Assembly: GCA_963790205.1 (NCBI GenBank)
Contig: CAWBNQ010000005.1
Span: forward strand, 224,001-288,000
Source: Nitrospirota bacterium
GTDB lineage: Bacteria > Nitrospirota > UBA9217
Reading direction: 5' to 3'
Length of the DNA stretch: 64,000 nucleotides
Shown here: positions 1 through 11,042 of the stretch, one piece after another
Position numbering within the stretch: the first letter of the stretch is position 1
How the letters are laid out: each line of letters begins with the position of its first letter
The notes under the pieces: generated by a model
What the model was told of the DNA's origin: nothing
Databases searched by the model: none
The model's input: only the letters and a program-made list of their open reading frames with translations
Made by a program: the position numbers and the translations under genes

Positions 1-43
1 CGGCCTTGATGAACTTCCTTCGGGAAAACGATGGTATACTCAT
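1..43 (-). CDS. 5' end of a Tat-exported protein (runs off window)
   Basis: Reverse strand reads MSIPSFSRRKFIKA with twin-arginine motif SRRKFIK; GGAAGGAGG RBS upstream. Confidence 0.75.
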   Translation of the reverse strand, partial: MSIPSFSRRKFIKA

Positions 44-351
44 AGAAGCCTCCTTCCTGAAGTTTCCTTAAAGGTCGTGCTCTATGTTTAGAGTATGGTA
101 AGGGTTAAGTGGGTTGTCGCACCATCTGTCCGATTGTTGCGGATTGTTGTTGACCGTTTCGGCACTATGAAAACCAATTGAAGTTAACTATAGCTCAAAA
201 TTCTCAAAGTTCAAGTTCCTGATCAAGAGCAAATAATACTTTATACACAGCAAGATCCGACGCCGGGAGCAACCGGTGAACGTGCATGGATGCCGGGAGA
301 AGAGGGCTTTCCGACAGTAGGATTGGGCATACCGGGAGGCTGCGAGCCGTG

Positions 352-741
352 ATGAAAGTTCTGAAAGCAGGCATACTCTATTTCGCGCTCGTATTCGGAG
401 CGGGCTTCGTACTCGGGCCCATTCGCGTATTCTGGGCTGTCCCGCGTTTCGGTACGAGAATAGCCGAACTGATGGAGGCGCCCATCATGTTCGCGGTCGT
501 CGTTGTCGCGGCCCGATGGATGGTCCGGCGGCTCGCTGTGCCACCAGCGCCATCAAGCCGTCTCGGCATGGGTTTCGTCGCGCTTGGCCTGCTTCTGGTC
601 GCGGAAATTACACTGGGGTACCTGCTTTGGGGCCTTTCGATCACCAAGTTGATCGCCACCCGGGACCCTGTGTCGGGATCGGTCTACTACGCGCTGCTCG
701 GGGTGTTTGCCGTCATGCCGTTTCTTTTGGCGCGAAAATAA
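352..741 (+). CDS. small integral membrane protein
   Basis: About four hydrophobic segments; GGGAGG upstream of ATG 352. Confidence 0.7.
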   Translation: MKVLKAGILYFALVFGAGFVLGPIRVFWAVPRFGTRIAELMEAPIMFAVVVVAARWMVRRLAVPPAPSSRLGMGFVALGLLLVAEITLGYLLWGLSITKLIATRDPVSGSVYYALLGVFAVMPFLLARK

Positions 742-783
742 CACCGCTGTTCGCGCGCGGAGCACCTGTCTTCCCCTATATCA

Positions 784-2214
<1,431 letters not shown>

Positions 2215-2271
2215 ATCCTCATGAATCCTTCTTACAAGGGCAGCCACGCAGGGCTGCCCCTACTCTGTCTT

Positions 2272-2682
2272 TCACACATCCACCACGCACTGCGCGACGA
2301 AGCGTCCATTTTCTTCAGCGACCTTCAAGAGGTGATACGTCGCGCCTTTTACCTCCACGTGCGGTTCATGCCGCTTCCTGTCAAGGGCCTCGCCCCAGGC
2401 TGTACCCTTAAGCGACGTTCCCGAAAATTTCACTTCAAACTTCGAGAATACCATGCGCTCGATGTCCGATAACGACAGGAGCGCATTCAGCCATTCAACG
2501 AACAGAAGTTCTCTGTCCGGAGCTGATGCGCTCACCGTCCTCTTCTCCTTCGGCTCGACCCGGTCGATGTTCACCATCACGGAATACAGAGCGATTGCGG
2601 AGTTCTCGAACGCCTCTTCCAGGCTGCGGCCGAAACCGCGTATGCCGATGTCCGCCTCGTGCTCAAAGGTTTCGTAGTTCAC
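2272..2682 (-). CDS. archease (RtcB cofactor)
   Basis: EHEADIG at N-terminus, EVKGATYH and VVDV at C-terminus; directly upstream of rtcB. Confidence 0.93.
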   Translation of the reverse strand: MNYETFEHEADIGIRGFGRSLEEAFENSAIALYSVMVNIDRVEPKEKRTVSASAPDRELLFVEWLNALLSLSDIERMVFSKFEVKFSGTSLKGTAWGEALDRKRHEPHVEVKGATYHLLKVAEENGRFVAQCVVDV

Positions 2683-2708
2683 TCCTCACTCCGAACTCCT
2701 CACGCCTC
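2681..2708. repeat. 7-nt tandem repeats (ACTCCTC-like x4)
   Basis: actcctc actccga actcctc acgcctc in the spacer; supplies the GAGGAG RBS region on the minus strand. Confidence 0.6.
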
Positions 2709-2714
2709 GCGGCA

Positions 2715-3726
2715 TCATGACCACACCCCGTCAACCTTCGCCCCGCAGAATCCGCACTTTCCCTCTTTCACCCTGTTTTCCAGGACGCTGAACCCGATCC
2801 GCTTGACCAGTATCTTCCTGCAGCTCGGGCAGGAAGTGTCTTCTCCTTCTCCGGGGATGTTCCCTTCATAGACGTACCGGAGCCCCGCGTCAAGCCCGAT
2901 CTGCCGCGCGCGCGTGAGCGTGCCGGCCGGCGTTACCGGCTGGTCGGTCAATTTGTATGTCGGATGAAAGCGCGACACGTGCCACGGGACGTCTTCGCCC
3001 ACGGACTTGATGAACTCGGCGATCTTTTTAAGCTCGGCATCGGAATCATTGTGCCCGGGAATGACGAGGGTCGTTATCTCGATCCAGATCCCGAGCTCTT
3101 TGTAATGCCTGATCGCATCGAGCACGGGCTGGAGGCGGGCGCCGCAGACTTTTTTATAGAAGTCCTCGGAAAACCCCTTGAGATCGATGTTCGCGGCGTG
3201 AAGATACGGTCTGATCTTCTCGAGCGCTCCGGGAGTTATGTAGCCGTTGGTCACGAACACGTTCTTGAGCCCCGCTTCTACTGCGAGGCGCGCGGTATCG
3301 TAGGCAAGCTCGAAATAGATCGTGGGTTCGGTGTAGGTATAGGAGATGCTGGCGCAGCCCTGCCTTCGCGCGGCATCAACGATCGTCGTCCGGCGGAACA
3401 TTCTGTCCCAGGACAACGCCGCCATGGTCGCGCGGAAGCTGGGAAATGTCGGCGTTCTGACAGTGCAGACAGCGGAAGTTGCAGCCGGGAGTGGCGATGG
3501 AATAGGAAAGGCTGCCGGGGTGAAAATGAAAGAGGGGTTTTTTTTCTATGGGATCGATGTTCTGCGCAATGACTTTATCGTACACCAGGGTGTAGAGAAT
3601 GCCGTCCCTGTTTTCCCGCACCGCGCATATGCCTCGCTTTCCGCTGGAAATAAGGCACCGGTGGCTGCACAGGCCGCAGCGGACCTTGCCGCCCTCTTGA
3701 GCCTCCTGGAACATTGCTTGTTTCAA
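2715..3726 (-). pseudogene. amrS: AmmeMemoRadiSam system radical SAM enzyme, split by a 1-bp frameshift near 3388
   Basis: N-part has CGLCSHRC, DPIEKKPLFHF and CNFRCLHCQN; C-part in another frame has SYTYTEPT, NIDLKGF, PWHVSRFHP, YVYEGN. Confidence 0.85.
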
Positions 3727-3802
3727 TGCTCTGCGCCTCGCCCGTAGTCAGGCGGCTATACCGCCCCTTGCAGAAAAACACGATGAGAGGGACCTGCCGG
3801 CG

Positions 3803-4582
3803 TTAAAGAGAACCGCTTTGTCCGAGCTTTTCACCCTTGAACTTATGCTCCACGGCCTCGGCCTGGATCCTGGTCTTGCAGTTGGTACAGATGATGTCCG
3901 GAGACGGTTTCCCGCACACGATACAGCGGCGGTCCGGTCCGACCTGGACGCCCTCGGCCTGAAAGATCATCTCCAGGAATTCGCTTTCCGTTACGTGGCC
4001 GTCCATGTGCAGGTTCACGCCGAAAATGGTCTTGGGGAGGGTCTTGATCGAATGCTTCCTGATGAGGTCGGGAAAATCACTCGCGATGATAATATCGGCA
4101 ACGATCAGATCGCTCGCGAAGGCAAGGCCGATCGCGGTCTCGGCCACGGGCCGGCACAGGGGGCAGTCGCTTTCCACGAAGACCTGGATGCCCACTTCCC
4201 GTTCCAAATGGCTGAGGGCGCGGCGGATATTTTCGGGAAACCAGATCTTGTTGTCCGACAGCGACAGGACGACGTCCAGGAGGATCTGTAGGAAAACGTC
4301 TTCGAGGAGCCCGTAAAACCTCACCATGCGGCCGTCACTGCCCTGGACGACGACAGCGGGAACGTACTTTATGCCGTACTGTTCCGATTTGTCACGGTCC
4401 ATGACCTGATCATACACCTCCAGGGCGATCTTCGGCGACCGCGCCTTGATGGCGCGGGCCAGGCCCAACGCCTCGGGGCACGTTTCGCATCCCGCATCGC
4501 GCGTAAACAGTATCAGGCGAACAGGATTTTTCATGTGCATCAGGCTGTGTTGCATGGCATTCAGCAGGTTTTCGTCGATCAT
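3803..4582 (-). CDS. protein-disulfide oxidoreductase (two thioredoxin folds) with C-terminal Cys4 zinc-ribbon-like tail
   Basis: CETC and CPLC active-site motifs; CIVC...CTNC at C-terminus. Confidence 0.8.
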   Translation of the reverse strand: MIDENLLNAMQHSLMHMKNPVRLILFTRDAGCETCPEALGLARAIKARSPKIALEVYDQVMDRDKSEQYGIKYVPAVVVQGSDGRMVRFYGLLEDVFLQILLDVVLSLSDNKIWFPENIRRALSHLEREVGIQVFVESDCPLCRPVAETAIGLAFASDLIVADIIIASDFPDLIRKHSIKTLPKTIFGVNLHMDGHVTESEFLEMIFQAEGVQVGPDRRCIVCGKPSPDIICTNCKTRIQAEAVEHKFKGEKLGQSGSL

Positions 4583-4753
4583 AAGAGAGGCTCCGTCCCG
4601 GTTAATGGTTACTATTGAAACCTGTATTCTAGTATAGCAAATTTGCGGAATAATCGTCATAAAATCCCGGCAACACAAGAAAAAACTTGACCGCAATGAC
4701 CGAATTGCTATAATGCCGTTACGACTGAAATAAAGTCCGGGGAGGGTAAGGTC

Positions 4754-5071
4754 ATGAAATGGATCATTGTCTCCATTCTTTCACTCAGTGTCATGTTTCC
4801 GTTGATCGCGGCGGCGGAAAAAGTGGGCGGCGGAGATCTCACGTTCAGGCCGAAAAATGCCGGACCGGTATTATTCAGCCATGAGATACATGTAAGCAAA
4901 AAAGGCCTCAAATGCACGGGTTGCCACTACCAGATCTTTCAGATGGCGCAAGGCTCGTACAAAATGGACATGTCAAAGATAACCAAGGGATATTTTTGCG
5001 GCAAATGCCATAACGGCCAGAAGGCCTTTGATGTAAGCGACAAGAAAAACTGCATACGGTGCCATAAATAA
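4754..5071 (+). CDS. periplasmic triheme cytochrome c (c7-type)
   Basis: Signal peptide, FSHEIH, CTGCH, CGKCH, CIRCH. Confidence 0.9.
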   Translation: MKWIIVSILSLSVMFPLIAAAEKVGGGDLTFRPKNAGPVLFSHEIHVSKKGLKCTGCHYQIFQMAQGSYKMDMSKITKGYFCGKCHNGQKAFDVSDKKNCIRCHK

Positions 5072-5178
5072 CCGCTGTCGTCACGATAAGGAAGCAGCAT
5101 GGTCAAAACAATCAGCGCTCTCCCGTCGTCCCTGCTGTTGTCCTTTGCTTCACGGAGACGAACTTGGTTCCTTAATAA

Positions 5179-5886
5179 CTAAGACAACCGTAACAGCTCC
5201 TCGGCAACCTCCTGGGGCCGCGAGACCATCATATCATGCCCCGCATCGAGCTCAACGGGCTTTACTCCCAGCCGCTCGGCAAATCCCCGCGTCAGTTCCG
5301 GCGGCAGGGCTTTGTCCCGCAGACCCATAATGTAGGTCCTCGGTATTTTCAGGACGGAGAAGCGCTTTAATGAGATTTTTTCGAAAAAGACCGCAAGAGG
5401 CTGAGAGGTGAGCTGCCTGAGGTAAAAATCCTTGTCCGCGCCTTCCTGGTCCGTAAAGTAGTTCGGCCTCAGGGCCTCCAGGGGACCGAACAGCTCCGTT
5501 GCTTTTCCTTCCAGCTTGCGGAGCGACTCCTGACGTTCTTTCGTGAGCAGATCGATAAGCGCGTCGCCGTCTTGCGGAACGACCGCTGCGAGGTAGACGA
5601 GATGCCGGATGCGCTCCGCTGCTTCCTCGGCCGCTTTGCTGATAATGATCCCCGACATGCTATGGCCCACCAGGATCAGGTCCGAAAGGTCCCGCTTCTT
5701 GATATAGGAGACGACATCGTTAATATAGGCGCTCATGGTCACGCCTGCCCGTTCGGCCGCCCGTTTCCCGTGACCGGGAAGATCGTAGGCGATTACCGTT
5801 GCTCCGCCCTTTTCCAACAGCGGTATAAGCCTGTCCCACAGCCATGCTCCCCGCATGGCGCCGTGAAGTAAGAGATAGGTTTTCAT
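5179..5886 (-). CDS. alpha/beta hydrolase (esterase-like)
   Basis: LHGA..GAW, GHSMSG nucleophile elbow, D and GH catalytic residues. Confidence 0.88.
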   Translation of the reverse strand: MKTYLLLHGAMRGAWLWDRLIPLLEKGGATVIAYDLPGHGKRAAERAGVTMSAYINDVVSYIKKRDLSDLILVGHSMSGIIISKAAEEAAERIRHLVYLAAVVPQDGDALIDLLTKERQESLRKLEGKATELFGPLEALRPNYFTDQEGADKDFYLRQLTSQPLAVFFEKISLKRFSVLKIPRTYIMGLRDKALPPELTRGFAERLGVKPVELDAGHDMMVSRPQEVAEELLRLS

Positions 5887-6034
5887 GGTTCAAGACCCCG
5901 AGCTGCTGACTTCACCGCTCCTCTTGTGTGTTCTCATGAACCGAAACGATCAACAAATGCGTATTGTACCGTGCCTCTGACAAGAAGTAATCGCTCGATT
6001 GTCCTGTGGCCGGCTCATAGGGGTTTAAGCAACT

Positions 6035-6772
6035 TTATTGATTTTTTATCGACTGTTGTACGCTGCGCAACATGCTGCACCCCTGAGGGTCCCTTAAGTT
6101 GCACGCCTTTTGGAAATCCGAAAGAGCAAGCACTTTGTTGCCGGTATTAAGGTAGAGGTTTCCCCGGGAAATATAAGCTTCTGCATACCTGTCATCTAAT
6201 TCGATTGCTCTATTTATATCATTGAATGCCCGGCCATACTCCCCGATGATTGAATATACAAGCCCTCGTTTGTAGTATGCGAAAGAATTAATTGGGTTAA
6301 TGACAATAGACTTATTAAATTGTTCTATCGCTTTATCGAGCAAACCAAGGTTTCCATATACCATGCCTTTATTATTGTAGGCCTTATAGTAACCCGGGTA
6401 TAAAGAAATAGCCTCATCGAAATCTGAGATTGCTTTCTCAAACCGACCGATTTCGGCATAAGCAAGTCCTCGATTATAGTAGGCCTTATAATTAGACGGA
6501 TCAAGGGCGTTTGCCCTCTGATACAGCTCAATAGCTTTTTCATATTGCTTTTTATCAGCGTAGAACATTCCCAGGTTATCATACGCCCTTGATTTATTAT
6601 GGCTCTTTTTTAAAACATCCTCCCATAACGTACCTTCATTTTTCCACACGGCATTGCGCATATAGGTAGTACCCAGGAGAGCAAAAAGGACGACGATCAT
6701 CATGATAAGCGCTGCAGGATTATTTCTGTTGGAAATCATTGTCGAACTCGGGGATTTTTCATCCTCAAACAA
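6035..6772 (-). CDS. TPR-repeat protein, probably the C-terminal remnant of a larger membrane protein
   Basis: One TM segment, RNAVWKNEGTLW motif and tandem TPRs (AYYNRG, AYNNKG); AT-rich; start uncertain. Confidence 0.7.
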   Translation of the reverse strand: MFEDEKSPSSTMISNRNNPAALIMMIVVLFALLGTTYMRNAVWKNEGTLWEDVLKKSHNKSRAYDNLGMFYADKKQYEKAIELYQRANALDPSNYKAYYNRGLAYAEIGRFEKAISDFDEAISLYPGYYKAYNNKGMVYGNLGLLDKAIEQFNKSIVINPINSFAYYKRGLVYSIIGEYGRAFNDINRAIELDDRYAEAYISRGNLYLNTGNKVLALSDFQKACNLRDPQGCSMLRSVQQSIKNQ

Positions 6773-6866
6773 GAATTTTGATTAACTATTTCAAATTTTT
6801 CACAAATATATTTGCTTGAGAAGTATGTCAACAGCGGTGATCAGTGTCACTATTCCCATCATTTGG

Positions 6867-7162
6867 CCAAAATGGCCACGGCATGCTTCCCCTCCACGAT
6901 TGGCCTGCAGTTGCTTCCCCACGCGTTCTGCACAGCTTCAAAAAACAAAAAGTCGTTAAGAATATAAGATAATTTTTTCACGATTCCACTATTGGCCAAA
7001 GGATGCTTCCCCTCTAAGCTTGGCCAAAGGATGCTTCCCCTGTCTCATACGAATCGTAAAAGCGAACTGTATGTGTTGAATAAATCAAGAACAGCAGCAG
7101 GTTCATGCACTATTGGCCAAAAGATGCTTCCCCTCAAGGCACAGCCGATAGATGCTTCTTCC
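6867..7162. repeat. three tandem pairs of ~28-bp direct repeats (core TGGCC-N6-TGCTTCCCC)
   Basis: Cores start at 6873, 6901, 6993, 7021, 7114 and (degenerate) 7142. Confidence 0.9.
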
Positions 7163-7179
7163 GTTTTCAGGGTTGGGTT

Positions 7180-7418
7180 TTAACAAGAGGATCCAGTTAA
7201 TCTGCCCGGCTACTTGCCCACTTGATCCATAAATCCAATTCGCTGCCAGCTTCAATCTTTCCATATCTTTTGATTGCTTCCTTTGTTACTGCCTTAACAT
7301 ATTCACGGATCAGCTTGCTTTTGCTCCAGTTGTCGGCTTCTTCTAAAAGGGCATCCAGCTTTGCCTGTTCTTTTTTGGACAACTTTGCAAAGGAGTAGGT
7401 GTAATTATCGCTTGTCAT
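7180..7418 (-). pseudogene. C-terminal remnant of a hypothetical protein with in-frame stop
   Basis: Reads ...WIKWASSRAD*LDPLVK; the W..WA...AD.LDPL ending continues past the TAA. Confidence 0.5.
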
Positions 7419-7456
7419 TTCAGAGCTCGGTAGTCAGAATACTGTTTGTTTAACTT

Positions 7457-8401
7457 TCACATACTGAGTTGCTTTTTGAATTCAGCTAGTGAATGAACAT
7501 AGCGTCGGCTACCAGCATTTTCAGCCGCTTGCAAAATAGCCTTGTCAGTAGATACAAGATGTAACTCTTTATTATCGTCACCTATCATCTGCCCAACGCC
7601 AAATGCGATCTGCATATCCCAAATCCAATTTCTTCGTTCCGGCTTATCTATATTACAACCTGTTTCGACAATCCTTTTTAGTATTTCGCGATAAAGCTGT
7701 ATTGATGTATTAAATTTACCTGAGATCCATTTGGCTTTGGCAGTTATATCGGTTGCGGATTCGTTTCGTTTTGCTTGAACCATTGCTTTTATCACGAAGG
7801 CATGCGCAATGAATGAAGGCATTCCCCTTGAATTAATAGACTCCAGCACAACATTGCGGGTTGATTTATCATTTTCAAGAGGAGCCCACCCGGTCGTCGC
7901 TGGCTTGAGCTGTTGAACGACATACTGCCACATATCTGATACGAATTGAGTTTCAATTTGATCGAGGTGTGACTTTAGCTGCTTGCATTCAATGATTCTT
8001 TTTTCGTCTAGGACACCAGGAGTATTCTCATATATATAACGTGAAAGCTTCGCCAATTGTTCAGTTGTAGTGCTTGATTCAGGAAGGATAATATTGTAAA
8101 GGGCCTTCAAAACCAATGATTCAGAATCCATTATTGTTTTGAGCTGTTCGCCTGAAGAAATAGAACACACATGGTGTTGCGCTCTAAGAGCTAAGCGACA
8201 TTCATCATAATCTGGATCAGTTGTGTCGGCCAAGTGAGCAGCAAGCTCCATCAACACAAAGGGACTTGCATACGCGCCTATATTACGCGATTTCATCGCA
8301 ACTAAGTATTTTTCTATTTCAGCGATCGGGTCTATAACACTGTTTTTGTCTGATATATCGCGATATACGTTTGTGTCGAGCACTACAGCAATGTTATTCA
8401 T
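7457..8401 (-). CDS. PIN-like domain protein (putative nuclease)
   Basis: VVLDTNVY at N-terminus, VLMEL, WDMQIA, LVSTDK: acidic PIN-type pattern with a large insertion. Confidence 0.65.
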   Translation of the reverse strand: MNNIAVVLDTNVYRDISDKNSVIDPIAEIEKYLVAMKSRNIGAYASPFVLMELAAHLADTTDPDYDECRLALRAQHHVCSISSGEQLKTIMDSESLVLKALYNIILPESSTTTEQLAKLSRYIYENTPGVLDEKRIIECKQLKSHLDQIETQFVSDMWQYVVQQLKPATTGWAPLENDKSTRNVVLESINSRGMPSFIAHAFVIKAMVQAKRNESATDITAKAKWISGKFNTSIQLYREILKRIVETGCNIDKPERRNWIWDMQIAFGVGQMIGDDNKELHLVSTDKAILQAAENAGSRRYVHSLAEFKKQLSM

Positions 8402-8476
8402 TTACTCCATCCTTTTGCTAATCAGGCAATTTAAATTAATTGTATTTAGTCGAGTCAAGAGAGCACCGATATGGGA

Positions 8477-8962
8477 CTAGAGTAAATACTCTGTCACGCT
8501 AACACCTTGCAACTTCTCAGGAAGGACATTTAGTGATAGAAAAAATCGAGCAAGTACCACGCGATGGTTGCCGTCTTCAATAAAGTAGTCGTTACCCACT
8601 TTAAAAAAACTCAGTTGATCCTTCGGCGTACGGCTAAGATAGTAGCCTGGATTTGAATGAAGCTCCTTTAACCTTTCCCAGCCTCTTTTCAGGCGACCTT
8701 CTAGCCCACTGAGAGTCCTATTGCAGTTGTCTTCCTCTGTGTAGAGACGATAATCCGAAGGTAAGAGCTCTAACCAGGAATAGCCAGCATAATCACCGTG
8801 TGTCGTGCCGACCACTGCGGATAGAGGTACTGTCCCAGCCTTTATACGGTTAGAGCTTTGATCAAGATATTTTGTGTGATCAAAACTCAATACCTTATTG
8901 AAGGCGAAGTCAGGTGGCCCTTGATTCTCAAGCAATTTGTGGATATCTGGATCGCATATCAT
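8477..8962 (-). CDS. ParB/Srx-like domain protein
   Basis: YFIEDGNHRV motif; ATG 8 bp after the ATPase stop. Confidence 0.6.
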   Translation of the reverse strand: MICDPDIHKLLENQGPPDFAFNKVLSFDHTKYLDQSSNRIKAGTVPLSAVVGTTHGDYAGYSWLELLPSDYRLYTEEDNCNRTLSGLEGRLKRGWERLKELHSNPGYYLSRTPKDQLSFFKVGNDYFIEDGNHRVVLARFFLSLNVLPEKLQGVSVTEYLL

Positions 8963-8969
8963 TAGTTTT

Positions 8970-11042
8970 TCATAGCGGCAAGGACCTGATAGCGCTTGCA
9001 TCCACTACCCCTATATTTCTGCCTAGAAGCATTTCGGAAGACTTCACAGCATTCAGCTTCTGCTTAACATACCGTTTAATTTGAAGTTCTTTTGGAGGAG
9101 CGGTCGTGGTCGTCAATACATACTGAAATGGACAGTCCGTAGGGCCGCCAAAGTGTTCTTGCAATGAAGCGACAAAACGAATAAAACTCTTGTAAATGCG
9201 CAGACCAAGATCAGCCTCACGCGGGCTATCATGGAGAAGGAAGCCGGGCATACATGCATTGTCGGATACAGTATTGTAGATAAGAGAAGCAATATCCGTT
9301 AGGAGCACAGACAACGTTTCTACGGCTTCACCGGTCATGGCTGGCCCGTGAGTGATCGAGAACGCCAATTCACGTTTATCGAGACTTACTTTGCCATCAT
9401 ATGTGCCAGAAGCAAGCACGGCTTTAACAGAAGCAGAGAAGATAGCAGCCAACAAATCACGACTTTCATTGTGTCCCGCAAGAAGCTTTGTCAGGCGCTG
9501 TTCCAACTCTTTAATTTGGCTGGCAGTGTTTTCCTGCTTTTTTCGGCACTCGTCAAGTTCCTTATTAGCGCCAGCCTGATCCCGTTTTGTGTACCCTGTT
9601 TCCAACCCCTCGTATTTCTGCCCTAGTTCTCTTAGCCGACCTTGTCTCCCCTGGATATCGGACTGTATATCAGTTCTCTTTACGTGATATTTGTGCCGCT
9701 CAGTTTTGTGAGCATCAATTTCTCTCTGAATATGCTGTTTTTGCAGGTCAAGATTCTGCTGAGCCTCTACGCGCTGTTCTTGCTTCTGTTTTATCACCTT
9801 TGCATCTTGATGCTGCTTGATCTCAAATAAATTACGCCTTCTCTTAACATGACCACAATCACGATAAAGCACACCTCCGAGCGAGCAAGTCTGATCGCTA
9901 TACTCGTCAAATGCATCAACATTCTTCTGATTTTTACTGAGGCTGGCATCCAATTCTAGAACTGCTGCCTTTTCCACATTAAACGTATTGTCAAGGATCT
10001 TAAGACGCGCCTCAAGCTGCAAAATCTTACCACCATAAAAATCGATCTTTTCTTGATTTGCCGTCTCTTCCTTTTTAAGCAGGGCAATCTCGGTTTCTAC
10101 TTTTTCGGTAGCATTTTTCGTTAGAAGGCTTAGATCAGGCAGTAGATTTCCAGAATGCAGCGGCATCTCAGATATTTGCCGTTCATCAGGCAATAAATCT
10201 TGAAGGCATTTTCGCAATTCTGAATCAAGTCGGTTTATCCAGTATTGCGGCTCTCGCTTGAGTTTTTCATATTCTTTTTCCAAGCTATCATAATTTTGCT
10301 TGAGCGTTACCAGATTCTCCTCGCCTTTCAGCTCATCAGGCAAGAATAAGCCTAACACCGTCCGCATCATGAACAAGGGGTCTGCTTTTGAAGACCTAAA
10401 GGCAGGGGTTTCTGATTCGCTACGAGGTGATCGCCATTCGTGGATATTTTGAAAACGAGACTCCTGGTCGCGTGTACACCATGAGAGGACATGTCCCCAC
10501 TGGATAGGCTCTCCAGCCCGAACAAAAGCGCCTGCGCCTGTACCAAGATCATCAAGCAGCCCATCGAGACCAAGAAGTTCAGTATACGTTTCCACGTATG
10601 CGGGCCTCGAACGGTCCTGTAGAATATCCTCAACGGCTGCGTCTTCTTTGATATATGAATTTCGACCCTTACCTATCGGCCGCAAAACTCCCCACTTTTT
10701 CCCCTTCACGTGGATTTCGGCTGCAATGTAGCCACTTGGAAAAGCATTCTGAATCAATTCGGTGTTGGCCCGTGTTCCATAAGTTTTTTCACCAAGAACA
10801 TATCGCACGAAGCGACAGAAAGTCGTCTTTCCCGCGCTATGACCGGATATTTCAGCCGATGGATCATCGTCCTCGGTCTCCTCTGCCCAAATGATATTAA
10901 GCCCACGTATAAGCTTAATATCACGAATCGTCACAGGATCAGGAGCAATCCGCTCAAAAATGGCTAGACGACTGATCCAGACATTGGGTTCCGTTTTTTT
11001 TGGTTTAAGTTTTAGATCTTTGAAAATATCCATATCCGTCAC
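8970..11042 (-). CDS. SMC/Rad50-like coiled-coil ABC ATPase (ABC-three-component / DUF2326-like)
   Basis: Walker A GHSAGKT, long coiled coil with central Cys pair, Walker B FLLHDSPREADL. Confidence 0.8.
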   Translation of the reverse strand: MTDMDIFKDLKLKPKKTEPNVWISRLAIFERIAPDPVTIRDIKLIRGLNIIWAEETEDDDPSAEISGHSAGKTTFCRFVRYVLGEKTYGTRANTELIQNAFPSGYIAAEIHVKGKKWGVLRPIGKGRNSYIKEDAAVEDILQDRSRPAYVETYTELLGLDGLLDDLGTGAGAFVRAGEPIQWGHVLSWCTRDQESRFQNIHEWRSPRSESETPAFRSSKADPLFMMRTVLGLFLPDELKGEENLVTLKQNYDSLEKEYEKLKREPQYWINRLDSELRKCLQDLLPDERQISEMPLHSGNLLPDLSLLTKNATEKVETEIALLKKEETANQEKIDFYGGKILQLEARLKILDNTFNVEKAAVLELDASLSKNQKNVDAFDEYSDQTCSLGGVLYRDCGHVKRRRNLFEIKQHQDAKVIKQKQEQRVEAQQNLDLQKQHIQREIDAHKTERHKYHVKRTDIQSDIQGRQGRLRELGQKYEGLETGYTKRDQAGANKELDECRKKQENTASQIKELEQRLTKLLAGHNESRDLLAAIFSASVKAVLASGTYDGKVSLDKRELAFSITHGPAMTGEAVETLSVLLTDIASLIYNTVSDNACMPGFLLHDSPREADLGLRIYKSFIRFVASLQEHFGGPTDCPFQYVLTTTTAPPKELQIKRYVKQKLNAVKSSEMLLGRNIGVVDASAIRSLPL

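Noticed and set aside
6867..7162. CRISPR array
   Set aside because: Units abut in pairs with no 25-45 nt unique spacers, repeats are degenerate, and no cas genes are present
8970..11042. Housekeeping SMC/SbcC/RecN or Wadjet
   Set aside because: Short, atypical motifs and no partner genes (scpAB, sbcD, jetABD)
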